From the NCBI GenBank assembly GCA_016868755.1, contig VGFU01000004.1:21110-85109 (forward strand): a stretch of 64,000 nucleotides of DNA. Reading direction: 5' to 3'. This DNA is from Bacteroidota bacterium. GTDB lineage: Bacteria > Bacteroidota > Bacteroidia > Flavobacteriales > Schleiferiaceae. The position numbers and the translations under genes are program-made. Positions 17,590-28,280 of the stretch are shown in pieces. The notes beneath the pieces are model-generated. The model worked only from the letters and a program-made list of their open reading frames with translations. It searched no databases and was not told the DNA's origin. The stretch's first letter is position 1; each line of letters starts with the position of its first letter.

Positions 17590-19470
17590 ATGAACGACAC
17601 CCGTCCGAGCTGGATTGCCTTTGCCGTGGGTGCTGCCTTTGCAGCCCTTCCCGCCCTACCCATATCCCAAGCGTTGGGCGACACCTCCCACTGGCCGATG
17701 CATCTTGGGGCGGCGCTCCTTTTGATTAGCCTCGGGCTTCAGCAGCATTTCTCGGGGCGTGACGTTTCGGTTAGCCTACCCAACTTAAGCGTGGTCGGCA
17801 GCCTGGCGTTGGCGTTCGTTGCCCTGGCGGGACTCGTTTGGGCTCCGATCTTTGCGGCGAGCGAGGCTTATTTAGCGATTGGTCGGTACGTTGGTTACGC
17901 CGCGGCGGCCTTGCTCGGATGGCGAATGGGACCTCAAGGCATTCCGATGCTTGCTTGGGGAATATTGGGCGCCTCAGGCGTTGAGGCATGGTCCGCCCTA
18001 AGCGACCTAACGGAACACCGCAAAGCCCTTAGCGACCCGTACCTCGCTCAAGGGCTGATGGGGCACAAAAACTTTACCTCATCGGCCATTGTGCTCGGAT
18101 TGCCTGCAGCATGGTACCTGTACGCCCAGCACCGCGGACTTGGCCGAGCAATGGCGGTGACCGTGGGTCTGCTGGCGGTCGTCGCCCTCGTTTTGCTGCG
18201 CACGCGAAGCATTTGGATCGGAACCGGAATCTGGGCGCTCTGGATGCTGGCAGCGAACCGTACGTCGTGGAAGCCGTTGGCGGGCGGACTCGCCCTTGGG
18301 CTCCTCGTTGCTGGCGCCCTTTTGGCCCAGCCGCGGATTCGCGAAGACCTATTGGACCCCACCAACCTTAACATTCGTCAGGTGTTTTGGGGGCATTCCC
18401 AACGCATGATCGAACTCGAGCCTTGGACGGGCGTAGGCGCCGGGCAGTGGCGCATTTATTTTCCTGGATTCGGTCTGCGCGGAATGAATCCCTCGGTTTC
18501 TGAGGGGGTGACGGCCGAGGTCCGGCCGCACAACGATGCCCTTTGGGTCGCTGCCGAACACGGAATCCCGGGCCTCGCCGCATGGCTCCTAATCTGGGTG
18601 GGGTTGATTGCCGCGTGGTGGCGCTCGCGCCGCGAGGCCCACGCGCCGTTTGTGGGCGGACTTGCCCTCTTGGTGTTTTGCTACAGCATGTTTGAATTTC
18701 CGCTGGAGCGGGCGGCCGTTTGGATTCCTTTTATGCTGGCCACCGGCATGGCCTATTCGCCGGGCCGAGCAGCGCGCGCGTCAGTGGCTAAATGGGTTCC
18801 GACTGCCCTCATCGTCGTACTAGCGGGTGCGTACGCCTACGCGGCGAACGAGGGACTATCCTCGGAACGCGATCAGCAAGAACTCCTGGCGCTCAACGCC
18901 CGTCAAGATGCGGCCAATTTGCTCCCACGCGCCGTTCAGAGCCTTGACGCGTGGACCGAACTCGATCGCTTTGGCAACCCCTCTCCCTACTTCGCGGGAA
19001 TGTCGTCAATGTTCCTTGAGGCTGCGCAGGGCCCCATTTCGATAAAAAGCTTTTCAGAGGCTGAATCCTTCTTTAAGCAGTCCCTTGAGCTTCACCCGAA
19101 CCATGTGGTTACCTGGTACCAGTTGGGCAATTTGTACCGCTACCGGGGGGACGCACCCGCCGCGGAGCGCGCCTACCGCGAACTCTTGAAGCGTTCACCG
19201 CGGCATCCGGGCGGGCAGATGCACCTCGCCCACGCCCTTTTGGCCCAGAACAAGTCCGGCGAGGCCGCCGGAGTACTTTTTGGCGCCTTCGGCGACGAGG
19301 CCTACTACCTACAGCCCGACTACCGCAACGCGGTCGTTCAGGCCCTGCGACAGTGCCCCGAGCGGGTGGCGCACCGCGACGTTAATGCCCTGCTCTCCCA
19401 GCGCGACGCGCTCGACGACGAGGCGCTGTTCCGCGCTTTTTTGGCTGCGAAGCAGGCCTACCTGAATTAA
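17590..19470 (+). CDS. O-antigen ligase (Wzy_C) family membrane protein fused to C-terminal TPR repeats
   Basis: Polytopic N-terminal part with the WTGVGAGQW....HNDALWVAAEHGIPG motif. The C-terminal part contains TPR-like repeats (WYQLGNLYRYRGDAPAAERAYRELLKRSP). ATG 17590 chosen because track start 17569 lies inside the terminator hairpin. Confidence 0.75.
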   Translation: MNDTRPSWIAFAVGAAFAALPALPISQALGDTSHWPMHLGAALLLISLGLQQHFSGRDVSVSLPNLSVVGSLALAFVALAGLVWAPIFAASEAYLAIGRYVGYAAAALLGWRMGPQGIPMLAWGILGASGVEAWSALSDLTEHRKALSDPYLAQGLMGHKNFTSSAIVLGLPAAWYLYAQHRGLGRAMAVTVGLLAVVALVLLRTRSIWIGTGIWALWMLAANRTSWKPLAGGLALGLLVAGALLAQPRIREDLLDPTNLNIRQVFWGHSQRMIELEPWTGVGAGQWRIYFPGFGLRGMNPSVSEGVTAEVRPHNDALWVAAEHGIPGLAAWLLIWVGLIAAWWRSRREAHAPFVGGLALLVFCYSMFEFPLERAAVWIPFMLATGMAYSPGRAARASVAKWVPTALIVVLAGAYAYAANEGLSSERDQQELLALNARQDAANLLPRAVQSLDAWTELDRFGNPSPYFAGMSSMFLEAAQGPISIKSFSEAESFFKQSLELHPNHVVTWYQLGNLYRYRGDAPAAERAYRELLKRSPRHPGGQMHLAHALLAQNKSGEAAGVLFGAFGDEAYYLQPDYRNAVVQALRQCPERVAHRDVNALLSQRDALDDEALFRAFLAAKQAYLN

Positions 19471-19474
19471 CCCT

Positions 19475-20233
19475 TTAGCCCAGGACCAAGCGCACCGGGC
19501 AGTGGTCGCTGCCGTGCACATCGGTGTGGATTTCGGTCGCGGCGACCGAGTCCATGAGGCGGCGCGATACAACGTGGTAGTCGAGGCGCCAACCGATGTT
19601 TTTTGCTCGGGCGCCCGACCGCATACTCCACCAGGAATACTTCGCTATACCGGGATTTTGCTCCCTCCAGGAGTCGGCGAATCCTGCATCGAGCAGGTGC
19701 TGAAATCCGTCAATTTCGCTTTGGGTGTAGCCGGGCGTTTTGTTGTAGTTCGATTGCGGATTGCTCAAGTCAATCGGTTGGTGCGCCACATTCAAATCGC
19801 CGCAGAGCACCACTGGCTTGCGGAGATCTAAGCGCTGCAGGTACGCCGTGAGGTCGCGGTCCCATCGGGCCCGCTGCGGAATCCGCGACAGGTCCCCCTT
19901 AGAATTCGGAACGTAGGTGGTCACGACAAAGCAGTCGCTGAATTCCGCGGTAATGACCCGGCCCTCGCCTTCGTGCTCCGCCACGCCCATTCCGTAGGCA
20001 ACGTTGAGCGGCTCGACTTTGCTGATCAGCGCGGTACCCGAATAGCCTTTTTTCTCGGCTTCGTGGGCAACGACGTGGTAGCCAAGCCCGTTCAGCACTT
20101 CTTTGGCCTGTTCGACCGTGCACTTAATTTCTTGAAAACCCATCACATCAGGGTTTAAACCGCGAATGATGTCGTGCAGGCCTTTGCCTGCGACGGCGCG
20201 AAGTCCGTTAACGTTCCACGAGATAATGTTCAT
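19475..20233 (-). CDS. xth: exodeoxyribonuclease III
   Basis: MNIISWNVNGLRA...QEIK...GDLNVAH...SDHCPV. Confidence 0.9.
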   Translation of the reverse strand: MNIISWNVNGLRAVAGKGLHDIIRGLNPDVMGFQEIKCTVEQAKEVLNGLGYHVVAHEAEKKGYSGTALISKVEPLNVAYGMGVAEHEGEGRVITAEFSDCFVVTTYVPNSKGDLSRIPQRARWDRDLTAYLQRLDLRKPVVLCGDLNVAHQPIDLSNPQSNYNKTPGYTQSEIDGFQHLLDAGFADSWREQNPGIAKYSWWSMRSGARAKNIGWRLDYHVVSRRLMDSVAATEIHTDVHGSDHCPVRLVLG

Positions 20234-20260
20234 GTGCCGAAGGTACATTACCTTGAGCGC

Positions 20261-20854
20261 ATGCATCGGTGGTTACTGTGGGTACTCAGTGCCTTGCTTC
20301 TGGCGTCGTGCTCGATCCGCCGCAGTGACCGATATGTGTTGGTCCAAAACCCGCAGGTCGAACAAAACACGGCGCTGGTCAGGCGCCCCCGTTCTGCGGC
20401 CTTCCACCAGTCGTTTACTGGAATCGGCAACTGGGTCGGCATGGATCGACACGGCAACCTGGTGCGCCACGTGCTTACTGCAGCGGGACAAGCCTACCCT
20501 TCATGTCGGGAGGGCGATCAGCTGGTCTTACCTCAAGGGAGCATTCCCGCGCCCGAGCACTTGTACCACCTGAGCAGCCTGATGGTCCTACCCCTGCTTG
20601 TTCCCGATTTGCGCGGCCTGACCCCGGACCGCGAATGGAAGCACTTTGCGACCACCGCCCCTTCAGGAGATCTCGTCGAAGTGACCTGGATCAGCACGCT
20701 CCGAACGCCGCGTCAGCGGCATTTCGTAGCCCGATACGAGGTGACCACCGCGGAACTTCGGTACGCGAAGCACCACGGCCGATGGACCTTGGAATCCGCT
20801 GAATACAGCGAGCGCGAATTTGTGCAGCGCTGGAACCGGGTTCCGCGCCGCTAA
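20261..20854 (+). CDS. hypothetical lipoprotein
   Basis: MHRWLLWVLSALLLASC lipobox. No recognisable domain. Confidence 0.55.
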   Translation: MHRWLLWVLSALLLASCSIRRSDRYVLVQNPQVEQNTALVRRPRSAAFHQSFTGIGNWVGMDRHGNLVRHVLTAAGQAYPSCREGDQLVLPQGSIPAPEHLYHLSSLMVLPLLVPDLRGLTPDREWKHFATTAPSGDLVEVTWISTLRTPRQRHFVARYEVTTAELRYAKHHGRWTLESAEYSEREFVQRWNRVPRR

Positions 20855-20857
20855 AAC

Positions 20858-23800
20858 TTACATGTTTCGGCGGTACTGCCCGCCTACTTCAAACATCGCC
20901 TCGGTCATCGACCCCAGCGAACAGACCTTGGCGGCCTCCATAATGGCGTCAAACATAGGTTGGTTGCCCAGGGCCGCCGCGCGAATGGAATCTAAGGCCG
21001 ATTCGGCTGCAGCGCCGCCCACCGCAGTGAGGTGCTCCACCGTCGCGATTTGGCGCTCTTTTTCGTCGACCTCGGCGCGAATGACCTCGCCCGGAATCAA
21101 CGTTGGTGACCCCTTGCTGCTCAAGAACGTATTTACCCCAATGATAGGGTACTCTCCGGTGTGCTTGAGCATCTCGTAGTGCATGGACTCCTCTTGGATT
21201 TTTCCGCGCTGGTACATGGTTTCCATGGCCCCCAGCACGCCTCCGCGCTCGGTAATGCGGTCAAATTCGGCCATCACCGCCTCTTCGACGAGGTCGGTTA
21301 GTTCTTCGATGATGAACGAGCCCTGGAGCGGATTCTCGTTCTTCGCCAGCCCTAGCTCCTTGTTGATGATGAGCTGAATCGCCATCGCTCGGCGCACGCT
21401 CTCCTCCGTAGGCGTCGTGATTGCCTCGTCGTAGGCATTGGTATGCAGCGAGTTACAGTTGTCGTAAATCGCATAAAGCGCTTGAAGCGTGGTGCGGATG
21501 TCGTTGAAATCAATCTCTTGCGCGTGCAGCGACCGCCCCGAAGTCTGAATGTGGTACTTCAGCATTTGCGCGCGCGGATCGGCCGCATACTTGTTCTTCA
21601 TCGCCTTCGCCCAGATGCGGCGGGCTACCCGGCCTATCACCGCATACTCGGGATCAATTCCGTTGCTGAAGAAGAAGCTCAAATTGGGCCCAAACGCGTT
21701 GATGTCCATGCCGCGGCTGAGGTAGTACTCCACGTAGGTGAAGCCATTGGCCAGGGTGAACGCGAGCTGCGTGATGGGGTTGGCTCCAGCTTCGGCGATG
21801 TGGTATCCGCTGATCGAAACGGAATAAAAATTCCGCACGTTGCGGTCAATAAAGTAGGACTGCACGTCGCCCATAAGGCGGAGCGCGAATTCCGTACTGA
21901 AAATGCAGGTGTTTTGGGCTTGGTCCTCTTTGAGGATGTCGGCCTGCACCGTTCCGCGCACTTGGCTAAGCGCCTCAGCCTTGATGCGGGCGTACACGTC
22001 GGCCGGCAGCACCTCGTCACCGGTCACGCCAAGCAGCATGAGTCCCAGTCCGTCGTTGCCTTCGGGCAGGCTGCCGTAGTAGCGCGGGCGCTGGACGCCC
22101 TTCGCCTCGTACTTGGCGTGCAGCACCTTTTCGACGGCGGATTCGAGCCCTTGCGCCTTGATGTACTTCTCGCACTGCTGGTCGATGGCCGCGTTCAAAA
22201 AGAACGCCAGCACCATCGGAGCAGGGCCGTTTATGGTCATCGACACCGACGTGGCCGGGTCGCAGAGGTCAAATCCGCTGTACAAGCGCTTGGCGTCGTC
22301 AAGGCAGCTCACCGAAACCCCGGCGTTGCCAATCTTGCCGTAGATGTCGGGGCGGCGGCCCGGATCTCGCCCGTACAACGTCACCGAATCAAATGCAGTC
22401 GATAAGCGCTTGGCCGGCAACCCGAGCGAAACGTAGTGGAAGCGCTTGTTGGTGCGTTCGGGTCCGCCCTCGCCCGCAAACATGCGCGTGGGGTCCTCAC
22501 CTTGGCGCTTAAAGGGATACAGGCCCGAAGTGAACGGAAACTGCCCCGGAACGTTTTCTTGAAGCTGCCAGCGCAAAATGTCGCCCCAACTGCGGTACGA
22601 CGGCGTGACCACTTTTGGAATCTCTTGGTTCGACAGCGACGTGCTGTGGGTCGGAACCTTAATGTCTTTACCCCGAACCTGGTAGACGTACTCGTCGGCC
22701 TTGTAGCGTTGACGCAGCGCACCCCAACCTTCAATCAATGCCGAGTTGTGCGGATCCAAATCGCGCTTGCGCAGCTCGTAGGCTTCCTGGATTCCCTTAG
22801 CCAACCGGTCGCGGTCGTCCAGCTTCGCAGCGCGCATTTCGCCTTCAGCCTTGTGTAAGCTGTAGAGCGCGTCGGCCACTTCGGCCTGATGGTCTACCCA
22901 CGCGTTGTAGGCACGGATTCCTTCAGAAATCTCGCTCAGGTAGCGGGTGCGGTGGGGCGGAATCACAAACATCTTCTCGCCCGGCTCCTTCACCACCTCA
23001 GGGGCCAATTGCCACTGGTCGCTAGCAGTTTTAGCCTTAAGCGCCTCGACGGTGGCGGCAAACAAGCGGTTCGTCCCTGGATCGTTGAACTGGCTGGCCA
23101 TCGTCCCAAACACCGGCATGTCGTCGATGGGGTCGTCCCAGCGCTGGTGGTTGCGCTGGTACTGCTTTTTCACGTCGCGCAGGGCATCGAGGGCTCCGCG
23201 CTTGTCAAACTTGTTGAGCGCAATCAGGTCAGCAAAATCGAGCATGTCAATTTTCTCGAGCTGCGTGGCCGCACCGTACTCGGGAGTCATTACGTACAGC
23301 GAAACGTCGCTGTGGTCCAGAATTTCGGTGTCCGACTGACCGATTCCGCTCGTTTCGAGAATGATGAGGTCGTACTTCGCCGCCTTGAGGACGTTGAGTG
23401 CGTCGCTCACGTGCTTGCTCAGGGCCAAATTGCTCTGGCGCGTGGCCAGCGAACGCATGTACACGTTGGGGTGGTTGATTGCATTCATGCGGATTCGGTC
23501 GCCCAGCAGAGCTCCGCCCGTTTTGCGCTTCGAGGGATCCACGCTCACCAAGCCCACCTTAAGTTCCGGAAAATGGCGGAGCACCCGGCGCACCAATTCG
23601 TCGACCATAGAGCTTTTGCCCGCTCCGCCCGTGCCCGTAATACCTAGAACTGGCGCGTGGCTCTTGGTCGCGAGGGCCTCGACTTCGGCACGCATCGTCT
23701 CGTACACGGCGGGCGCGTTTTCGGCCGCCGATATCATGCGGGCGACCGAGCGCGGACGCTGAATTTTGACTCCTTCAAGGGCATCGCCCACTTCGCTTCC

Positions 23801-24241
23801 GATGGCAAAATCGCACCGCTCCAACAGGTCATTGATCATGCCTTGAAGACCCATGGCCCGTCCGTCGTCGGGATGGTAAATGCGCGCAATTCCGTACCCC
23901 TGAAGCTCCTCGATTTCGCTGGGCAAAATGGTTCCGCCGCCGCCGCCAAAAATGCGGATGTGGCCGGCTCCGCGCTCCTTCAGCAAATCAAACATAAACT
24001 TGAAGTACTCGAGGTGCCCGCCTTGGTACGACGTCATCGCAATGGCGTTGGCGTCTTCCTGAATCGCGGTCTCAACCACCTCTTCGGCGCTGCGGTCGTG
24101 ACCTAAGTGAATTACTTCAGCGCCCGAGGACTGAAGAATGCGTCGCATGATGTTGATGCTCGCGTCGTGGCCGTCAAAAAGTGAGGCGGCAGTAACAATG
24201 CGGATCGGATGCTGGGGCTTGTAGGGTTGTACGTCCACCAT
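20858..24241 (-). CDS. icmF: fused isobutyryl-CoA mutase (B12-binding domain + MeaB-like GTPase + mutase barrel)
   Basis: The N-terminus reads [19 protein letters not shown] (B12 domain). It is followed by [12 protein letters not shown] (P-loop) and then a methylmalonyl-CoA-mutase-like catalytic domain. ATG 24241 preferred over the TTG track start. Confidence 0.9.
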   Translation of the reverse strand: MVDVQPYKPQHPIRIVTAASLFDGHDASINIMRRILQSSGAEVIHLGHDRSAEEVVETAIQEDANAIAMTSYQGGHLEYFKFMFDLLKERGAGHIRIFGGGGGTILPSEIEELQGYGIARIYHPDDGRAMGLQGMINDLLERCDFAIGSEVGDALEGVKIQRPRSVARMISAAENAPAVYETMRAEVEALATKSHAPVLGITGTGGAGKSSMVDELVRRVLRHFPELKVGLVSVDPSKRKTGGALLGDRIRMNAINHPNVYMRSLATRQSNLALSKHVSDALNVLKAAKYDLIILETSGIGQSDTEILDHSDVSLYVMTPEYGAATQLEKIDMLDFADLIALNKFDKRGALDALRDVKKQYQRNHQRWDDPIDDMPVFGTMASQFNDPGTNRLFAATVEALKAKTASDQWQLAPEVVKEPGEKMFVIPPHRTRYLSEISEGIRAYNAWVDHQAEVADALYSLHKAEGEMRAAKLDDRDRLAKGIQEAYELRKRDLDPHNSALIEGWGALRQRYKADEYVYQVRGKDIKVPTHSTSLSNQEIPKVVTPSYRSWGDILRWQLQENVPGQFPFTSGLYPFKRQGEDPTRMFAGEGGPERTNKRFHYVSLGLPAKRLSTAFDSVTLYGRDPGRRPDIYGKIGNAGVSVSCLDDAKRLYSGFDLCDPATSVSMTINGPAPMVLAFFLNAAIDQQCEKYIKAQGLESAVEKVLHAKYEAKGVQRPRYYGSLPEGNDGLGLMLLGVTGDEVLPADVYARIKAEALSQVRGTVQADILKEDQAQNTCIFSTEFALRLMGDVQSYFIDRNVRNFYSVSISGYHIAEAGANPITQLAFTLANGFTYVEYYLSRGMDINAFGPNLSFFFSNGIDPEYAVIGRVARRIWAKAMKNKYAADPRAQMLKYHIQTSGRSLHAQEIDFNDIRTTLQALYAIYDNCNSLHTNAYDEAITTPTEESVRRAMAIQLIINKELGLAKNENPLQGSFIIEELTDLVEEAVMAEFDRITERGGVLGAMETMYQRGKIQEESMHYEMLKHTGEYPIIGVNTFLSSKGSPTLIPGEVIRAEVDEKERQIATVEHLTAVGGAAAESALDSIRAAALGNQPMFDAIMEAAKVCSLGSMTEAMFEVGGQYRRNM

Positions 24242-24247
24242 AGTACG

Positions 24248-24255
24248 CAAAGATA
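24248..24255 (-). promoter_or_regulatory. -7 box TATCTTTG, 6 nt before icmF ATG
   Basis: Exact TAnnTTTG match on the minus strand. Confidence 0.45.
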
Positions 24256-24270
24256 CCGCCGAAGCCGGCT

Positions 24271-24996
24271 CTAGCTGCGGTCCATCGCGGCCTTAAGCTG
24301 CTCGGGAAAGCCCTTCCAATCGCTGAATTCGAAGTCGGCCCGACCCTCGGCGTCGGGGGGTAGCGCGTCAGGCGCGCGAAACCACGCGGTGCGCATTCCA
24401 ACCCCTTGACCGCCCAGCACATCCCGCAGCACCGAATCACCAATCATCCAAGACGATTCAGCCTGAGCGCCGGCTGCGACAAGCGCCGCTCGAAATATGT
24501 CTGGCGCCGGTTTGTACGACTTTGCTACGTCTGAAGTCATGAACACGTCAATGTGCTCCGTCAAACCGAGCGCGGCAATCTTGCGTTGCTGTGGGGCAAG
24601 TACTCCGTTGGTCAAAATGTGCAATCGGTGCCCACGATCTACCAAGGTTGCGAAAGCCTCGTGTACCCCTTCATAGCCCTCACCAAAATCAGGTAAGCGC
24701 TCCTTGAGAACCCCTTCGCACTGTGAAGCCAGTTCTTTAGCCACTCGGGCATTCGAAAAAGCTAGTCCCATTTCACGAAACAGCAAAGGAAAACGTCGAG
24801 CGCGAACATACTCAACACTCAAGTTGTGCGCTTGAATGTGGTCCCAAAGTCGATCATTAATTCGCAGGTAGGCTTTCGCCCAATTCAAGGCTAATCCAGG
24901 CCATGACTGTGCCGCATGTAGTTCTTCAAAAAACTGCTCATGGTTGCGCTCGTGATGCCAGAGAGTCCGGTCCAGATCAAAAAAAAGCTCAGCCAC
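24271..24996 (-). CDS. HAD-superfamily hydrolase
   Basis: Motif [10 protein letters not shown] at the N-terminus. Also LTNG and GDS..D motifs. GTG start. Confidence 0.8.
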   Translation of the reverse strand: MAELFFDLDRTLWHHERNHEQFFEELHAAQSWPGLALNWAKAYLRINDRLWDHIQAHNLSVEYVRARRFPLLFREMGLAFSNARVAKELASQCEGVLKERLPDFGEGYEGVHEAFATLVDRGHRLHILTNGVLAPQQRKIAALGLTEHIDVFMTSDVAKSYKPAPDIFRAALVAAGAQAESSWMIGDSVLRDVLGGQGVGMRTAWFRAPDALPPDAEGRADFEFSDWKGFPEQLKAAMDRS

Positions 24997-25074
24997 GGAT
25001 CAAAGGTCGGCATTGACCCCCCAGCATGTGAAAAAAGTTCATACACACTTCACAGAGGACCGCTGAGTTTGTTC

Positions 25075-25082
25075 TATTTTTG
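25075..25082 (+). promoter_or_regulatory. -7 box TATTTTTG (17 nt before ATG 25100)
   Basis: Exact TAnnTTTG match. Confidence 0.4.
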
Positions 25083-25099
25083 AGCCTCAATTTGAACAA

Positions 25100-25735
25100 A
25101 TGAACGCCCGTACCATCCTCATTCTGCGCGTAGTCCTTGGTGTCGCTGCTGTGCTCTTCACCTTTCGCATTTACCGCATCATCATGGAACCCATTGAGTT
25201 TCAAAATATTCGCGACAAGCGTTACTCGTCTGTAATTGAGCAACTTGAACAGCTTCGCGAAGCTCAATTGGCGTTTAAAAACGAATACGGAATGTATGCC
25301 ACTGAACTCTCCACACTGGTAGACTTCATTAAAAATGCGGAGGTGACCATTGTTGAGCGCAAAGACTCGTCGTTCATGCAGTACAACAAAGTGTACCAAA
25401 CCGACATGCTCAAGGACACGATCATCTACCGAGTAATCGGTAGCGCTTCAGCTCTTACCAAGTTGCGCAACCAACGCGAAGACTTGTTCCCTGAGGATTT
25501 CAACGCAGACAATTTGCGAACCATTAAGTACAGCCAAGATTCTACGTTTAAAATGGGCACCGCCGAGGTCGAAAAAAACGGAGTAAAAGTGCCAGTGTTT
25601 GAGATCAGGGCAAGCAATAAGGCCATTTTCGGTGACGTTTTGGGTCAGTATGGCAACTACATCAAGCGCCTTAAAACCAATGCGCTAATCGTAGGTTCAT
25701 TAACCGAGCCCACATTGAGCGGCAACTGGAAGTAG
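25100..25735 (+). CDS. hypothetical membrane-anchored protein
   Basis: 211 aa with a single N-terminal TM helix (ILILRVVLGVAAVLFTF). Lys/Asn/Ile-rich. Visibly lower GC (about 45-50 %) than the flanking genes. Confidence 0.6.
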   Translation: MNARTILILRVVLGVAAVLFTFRIYRIIMEPIEFQNIRDKRYSSVIEQLEQLREAQLAFKNEYGMYATELSTLVDFIKNAEVTIVERKDSSFMQYNKVYQTDMLKDTIIYRVIGSASALTKLRNQREDLFPEDFNADNLRTIKYSQDSTFKMGTAEVEKNGVKVPVFEIRASNKAIFGDVLGQYGNYIKRLKTNALIVGSLTEPTLSGNWK

Positions 25736-25740
25736 CCCCA

Positions 25741-26259
25741 TTGAATAGCCAAACTTGGTCTGAACCTGCGAGCGGCCTTAAGTGGCATGACGAGGCGTTT
25801 AGTGCGCTCGTTCCCAAAGATTTTAGTGACGCCAACCTTCGGCCCCTTGATCCCCAAGGAGGTTCTTGGTTTCGCAGTCCATTGGATGATTCCTACGACC
25901 TCGCATATCGGTTTCAAGGTGCCCCCGGTGGAGCACAACCCCTGAGCCTATTTAATTTGCGTCGATGGCTCCAAAGTGAGCCCTTGGGCCGCCGGATCCG
26001 CGCGCAGCACTGGGGTAAGCGTTTGGAGCTCGCCGCCCTTGACGGAAGCCGCATTCGGATGCACGGCGTTTACCGAACGGAAACACCCGAAGAAGTTTCT
26101 TATTTCATTCTACTCTATTTCGAACAACTTGACTGGAGTGCGGCTTCCGTCCCCGTTTTCTGGGAAGGCATGGACGACCGCGCGATCCGCCAACTGACTC
26201 AGCACTTTATCGCCCACTGGCACGTTCGCAGCCTCGAGGGAATACTCCGTTTGGACTAA
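25741..26259 (+). CDS. hypothetical protein (TTG start)
   Basis: 172-aa ORF with no in-frame ATG near the 5' end. Its stop overlaps the rsmD start (TAATG), which argues that it is a real coupled gene. Confidence 0.5.
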   Translation: MNSQTWSEPASGLKWHDEAFSALVPKDFSDANLRPLDPQGGSWFRSPLDDSYDLAYRFQGAPGGAQPLSLFNLRRWLQSEPLGRRIRAQHWGKRLELAALDGSRIRMHGVYRTETPEEVSYFILLYFEQLDWSAASVPVFWEGMDDRAIRQLTQHFIAHWHVRSLEGILRLD

Positions 26260-26783
26260 TGCGCATTATTCGTGGCTCCCACCGTGGAAAAATACTGAGG
26301 GCACCTTCCAATTTGCCGGTGCGCCCTACCACCGACATGGCTAAAGAGGGCTTATTCAATATTCTTGAAAACCGATTTCAATGGGACGAAATTCGCGCCC
26401 TTGACCTGTTTGCGGGAACCGGTAACCTCTCCTACGAACTTGCCAGCCGTGGCTGTCCCGACGTGACTGCGGTAGATAGCTTTCGCGACTGCACCCGGTT
26501 TATTCACAAAAATTCGGAGCAGCTTTCGTTCCCCATTCGGGCCGTAAGCGAAGAAGCGCTGCGCTTTCTTCAGCGCAATCCGGCAAAATGGGACCTCATT
26601 GTGGCGGACCCACCCTACGACTTTGGTGAATATGCCACCCTGGTAGATGCTGCATTAAGCCGTTTAGCCCCTGACGGCACCCTGGTCGTGGAACACGGAG
26701 CCGACACCGACCTTTCAAACCATGCGCAGTTTGAGCAAGTGCGCCGATACGGCAGCGTTCACTTCAGCTTTTTTCTAGCCTAG
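26259..26783 (+). CDS. rsmD: 16S rRNA (guanine966-N2)-methyltransferase
   Basis: MRIIRGSHRGKILRAPSNLPVRPTTDMAKEGLFNIL...DLFAGTG...ADPPY. Confidence 0.9.
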   Translation: MRIIRGSHRGKILRAPSNLPVRPTTDMAKEGLFNILENRFQWDEIRALDLFAGTGNLSYELASRGCPDVTAVDSFRDCTRFIHKNSEQLSFPIRAVSEEALRFLQRNPAKWDLIVADPPYDFGEYATLVDAALSRLAPDGTLVVEHGADTDLSNHAQFEQVRRYGSVHFSFFLA

Positions 26784-27342
26784 CACGCCACGCCGCCACC
26801 GCCCGACTTCGGTGGCTTATGGCGGATTTCTCCTCGGCACTCATCTCGGCAAAACTCCGCCCGTCGCCTTCAAGCGGAATAAACAGCGCGTCGTACCCAA
26901 ATCCCTGGGTCCCGCGTTCGCACGTGCCGAGCTGCCCTTCAACCGTTCCTTCGAACAGCGCCACGCCATCGTCCGTCGCCCACGCAAGCACCGTTTTGAA
27001 GCGCGCACGCCGGTTTTCCACTCCGTGAAGTGCGCCCAACAGCTTACTGCGGTTGGCGGAATCGGAACGCTCAGGTCCCGCGTAATGTGCGCTATCCACG
27101 CCCGGGGCCCCAGCGAGGGCTTCAACTTCGAGGCCGCTGTCGTCGGCGAGGCTGGGCATTCCCGTGTGCTCCCACAAAAAATGGGCTTTTTGCTCGGCGT
27201 TAGCTTCGAGGGTTCTACCGTCTTCGCGAAGTTCAGCCGTCAACCCAAAATCCGAGGGCAGCCAAACCTTCCACGTGGCGGGAAGCACGGCGCGGATTTC
27301 TGCCACCTTATGGGGATTCTGGGTAGCGAGTACGATGTTCAT
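26764..27342 (-). CDS. rdgB: dITP/XTP pyrophosphatase (non-canonical purine NTPase)
   Basis: IVLATQNPHKVAEI....DDSGLEVEAL.GAPGV.SA.....GFGYD..F...SFAEM....K..ISHR. Confidence 0.9.
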   Translation of the reverse strand: MNIVLATQNPHKVAEIRAVLPATWKVWLPSDFGLTAELREDGRTLEANAEQKAHFLWEHTGMPSLADDSGLEVEALAGAPGVDSAHYAGPERSDSANRSKLLGALHGVENRRARFKTVLAWATDDGVALFEGTVEGQLGTCERGTQGFGYDALFIPLEGDGRSFAEMSAEEKSAISHRSRAVAAWRARLEKS

Positions 27343-28280
27343 CGGGCGGCAGATACCACGTGATCGTCGGAACGCTCTACCCGGAGCACCTCAGGGACCG
27401 AGGCGCGAATGATTCGAGCGAGCGCTTCCACCATACCCAAACGACGGTGCCCTGGCAACGCGAGCAGGGCAACTTGCCGCACCGGTCGTGGCTCCGAAAT
27501 AGGCTTCATGCGCTTTTGGCGAACCGGTGAAAGTTCCGACACCGCCAGCTGCGGAAGAAGCGTCATTCCCAAACCCTCATCGGCCAATCGAACCAAGGTT
27601 TCAAACTGTCCCACCGAAAGGGCGATGCGGTCTGCACCCCGTTCCACGCCGCAGAGCTGCACTACTTGGTCGCGAAAGCAATGCCCTTCGGGCAAGAGTA
27701 AAATGGACTCCGACTTTAGCTCCGAAGCGGTCAAGAACAAATCGTTTGATTTCGCGTGGCCTTCAGGCAGGTAGGCTAAAAAAGGCTCCCGGTAGAGCGG
27801 TTCGAGCACAAAATGCGAGGCCGCAAGGGGCACCGCGAGAATGGCCGCATCCAAACGGTCTGATTCTAATCGTTCTACGAGCTGTTCGGTAGTGGCCTCT
27901 TCAAGTTCCAACCGCAGCCGTGGGAAGCGCCGAAGCAATTCGGGCGCAAAGCGAGGAATCAGGTAGGGCGCAATGGTCGGTATCACTCCAACCCGAAGGG
28001 ACCCCTCCAGGGGTTTGTGAAACGTCTGGCCTACCTCTGCGATACTTTGGGCCGCACCCAGCGTGCGCTGCGCGTAGGGAAGAATCTGGGTCCCCAACTG
28101 CGTCAACTGCACCGGCTGGCTCCGTCGATCCACCAAGCTTCCCTGAAGTTCTTCCTCCAGTTTTTGAATTTGCGCCGAAAGGGTTGGTTGGGAAACGCCA
28201 CAGGCCTTAGCCGCTCGGCCGAAATGGCGGTGCGTGGCGAGGGCATCGAAGTACTGCAGTTGGATTAGCGTAATGGCCAT
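27339..28280 (-). CDS. oxyR: LysR-family peroxide-sensing regulator OxyR
   Basis: The HTH reads LQYFDALATHRHFGRAAKACGVSQPTLSAQIQKLEEEL. The redox pair PEGHCFRDQVVQLC has the same 9-residue Cys spacing as E. coli C199/C208. Confidence 0.85.
   Translation of the reverse strand: MAITLIQLQYFDALATHRHFGRAAKACGVSQPTLSAQIQKLEEELQGSLVDRRSQPVQLTQLGTQILPYAQRTLGAAQSIAEVGQTFHKPLEGSLRVGVIPTIAPYLIPRFAPELLRRFPRLRLELEEATTEQLVERLESDRLDAAILAVPLAASHFVLEPLYREPFLAYLPEGHAKSNDLFLTASELKSESILLLPEGHCFRDQVVQLCGVERGADRIALSVGQFETLVRLADEGLGMTLLPQLAVSELSPVRQKRMKPISEPRPVRQVALLALPGHRRLGMVEALARIIRASVPEVLRVERSDDHVVSAAR

Noticed and set aside
24251-24270. Looked for a cobalamin riboswitch upstream of icmF, a THF or other riboswitch upstream of folE (41664-41712), and leaders upstream of cysS and proS.
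   Set aside because: The untranslated regions are only 20-50 nt (or absent because of gene overlap). That is far too short for any known riboswitch or T-box.
24500-25750. Lower-GC block considered as a horizontally acquired island.
   Set aside because: There are no integrase, transposase, tRNA-boundary or direct-repeat signatures. The genes are chained to rsmD by overlapping start/stop codons. Ribosomal-protein genes in this window are similarly lower in GC, so composition alone is not evidence of transfer.
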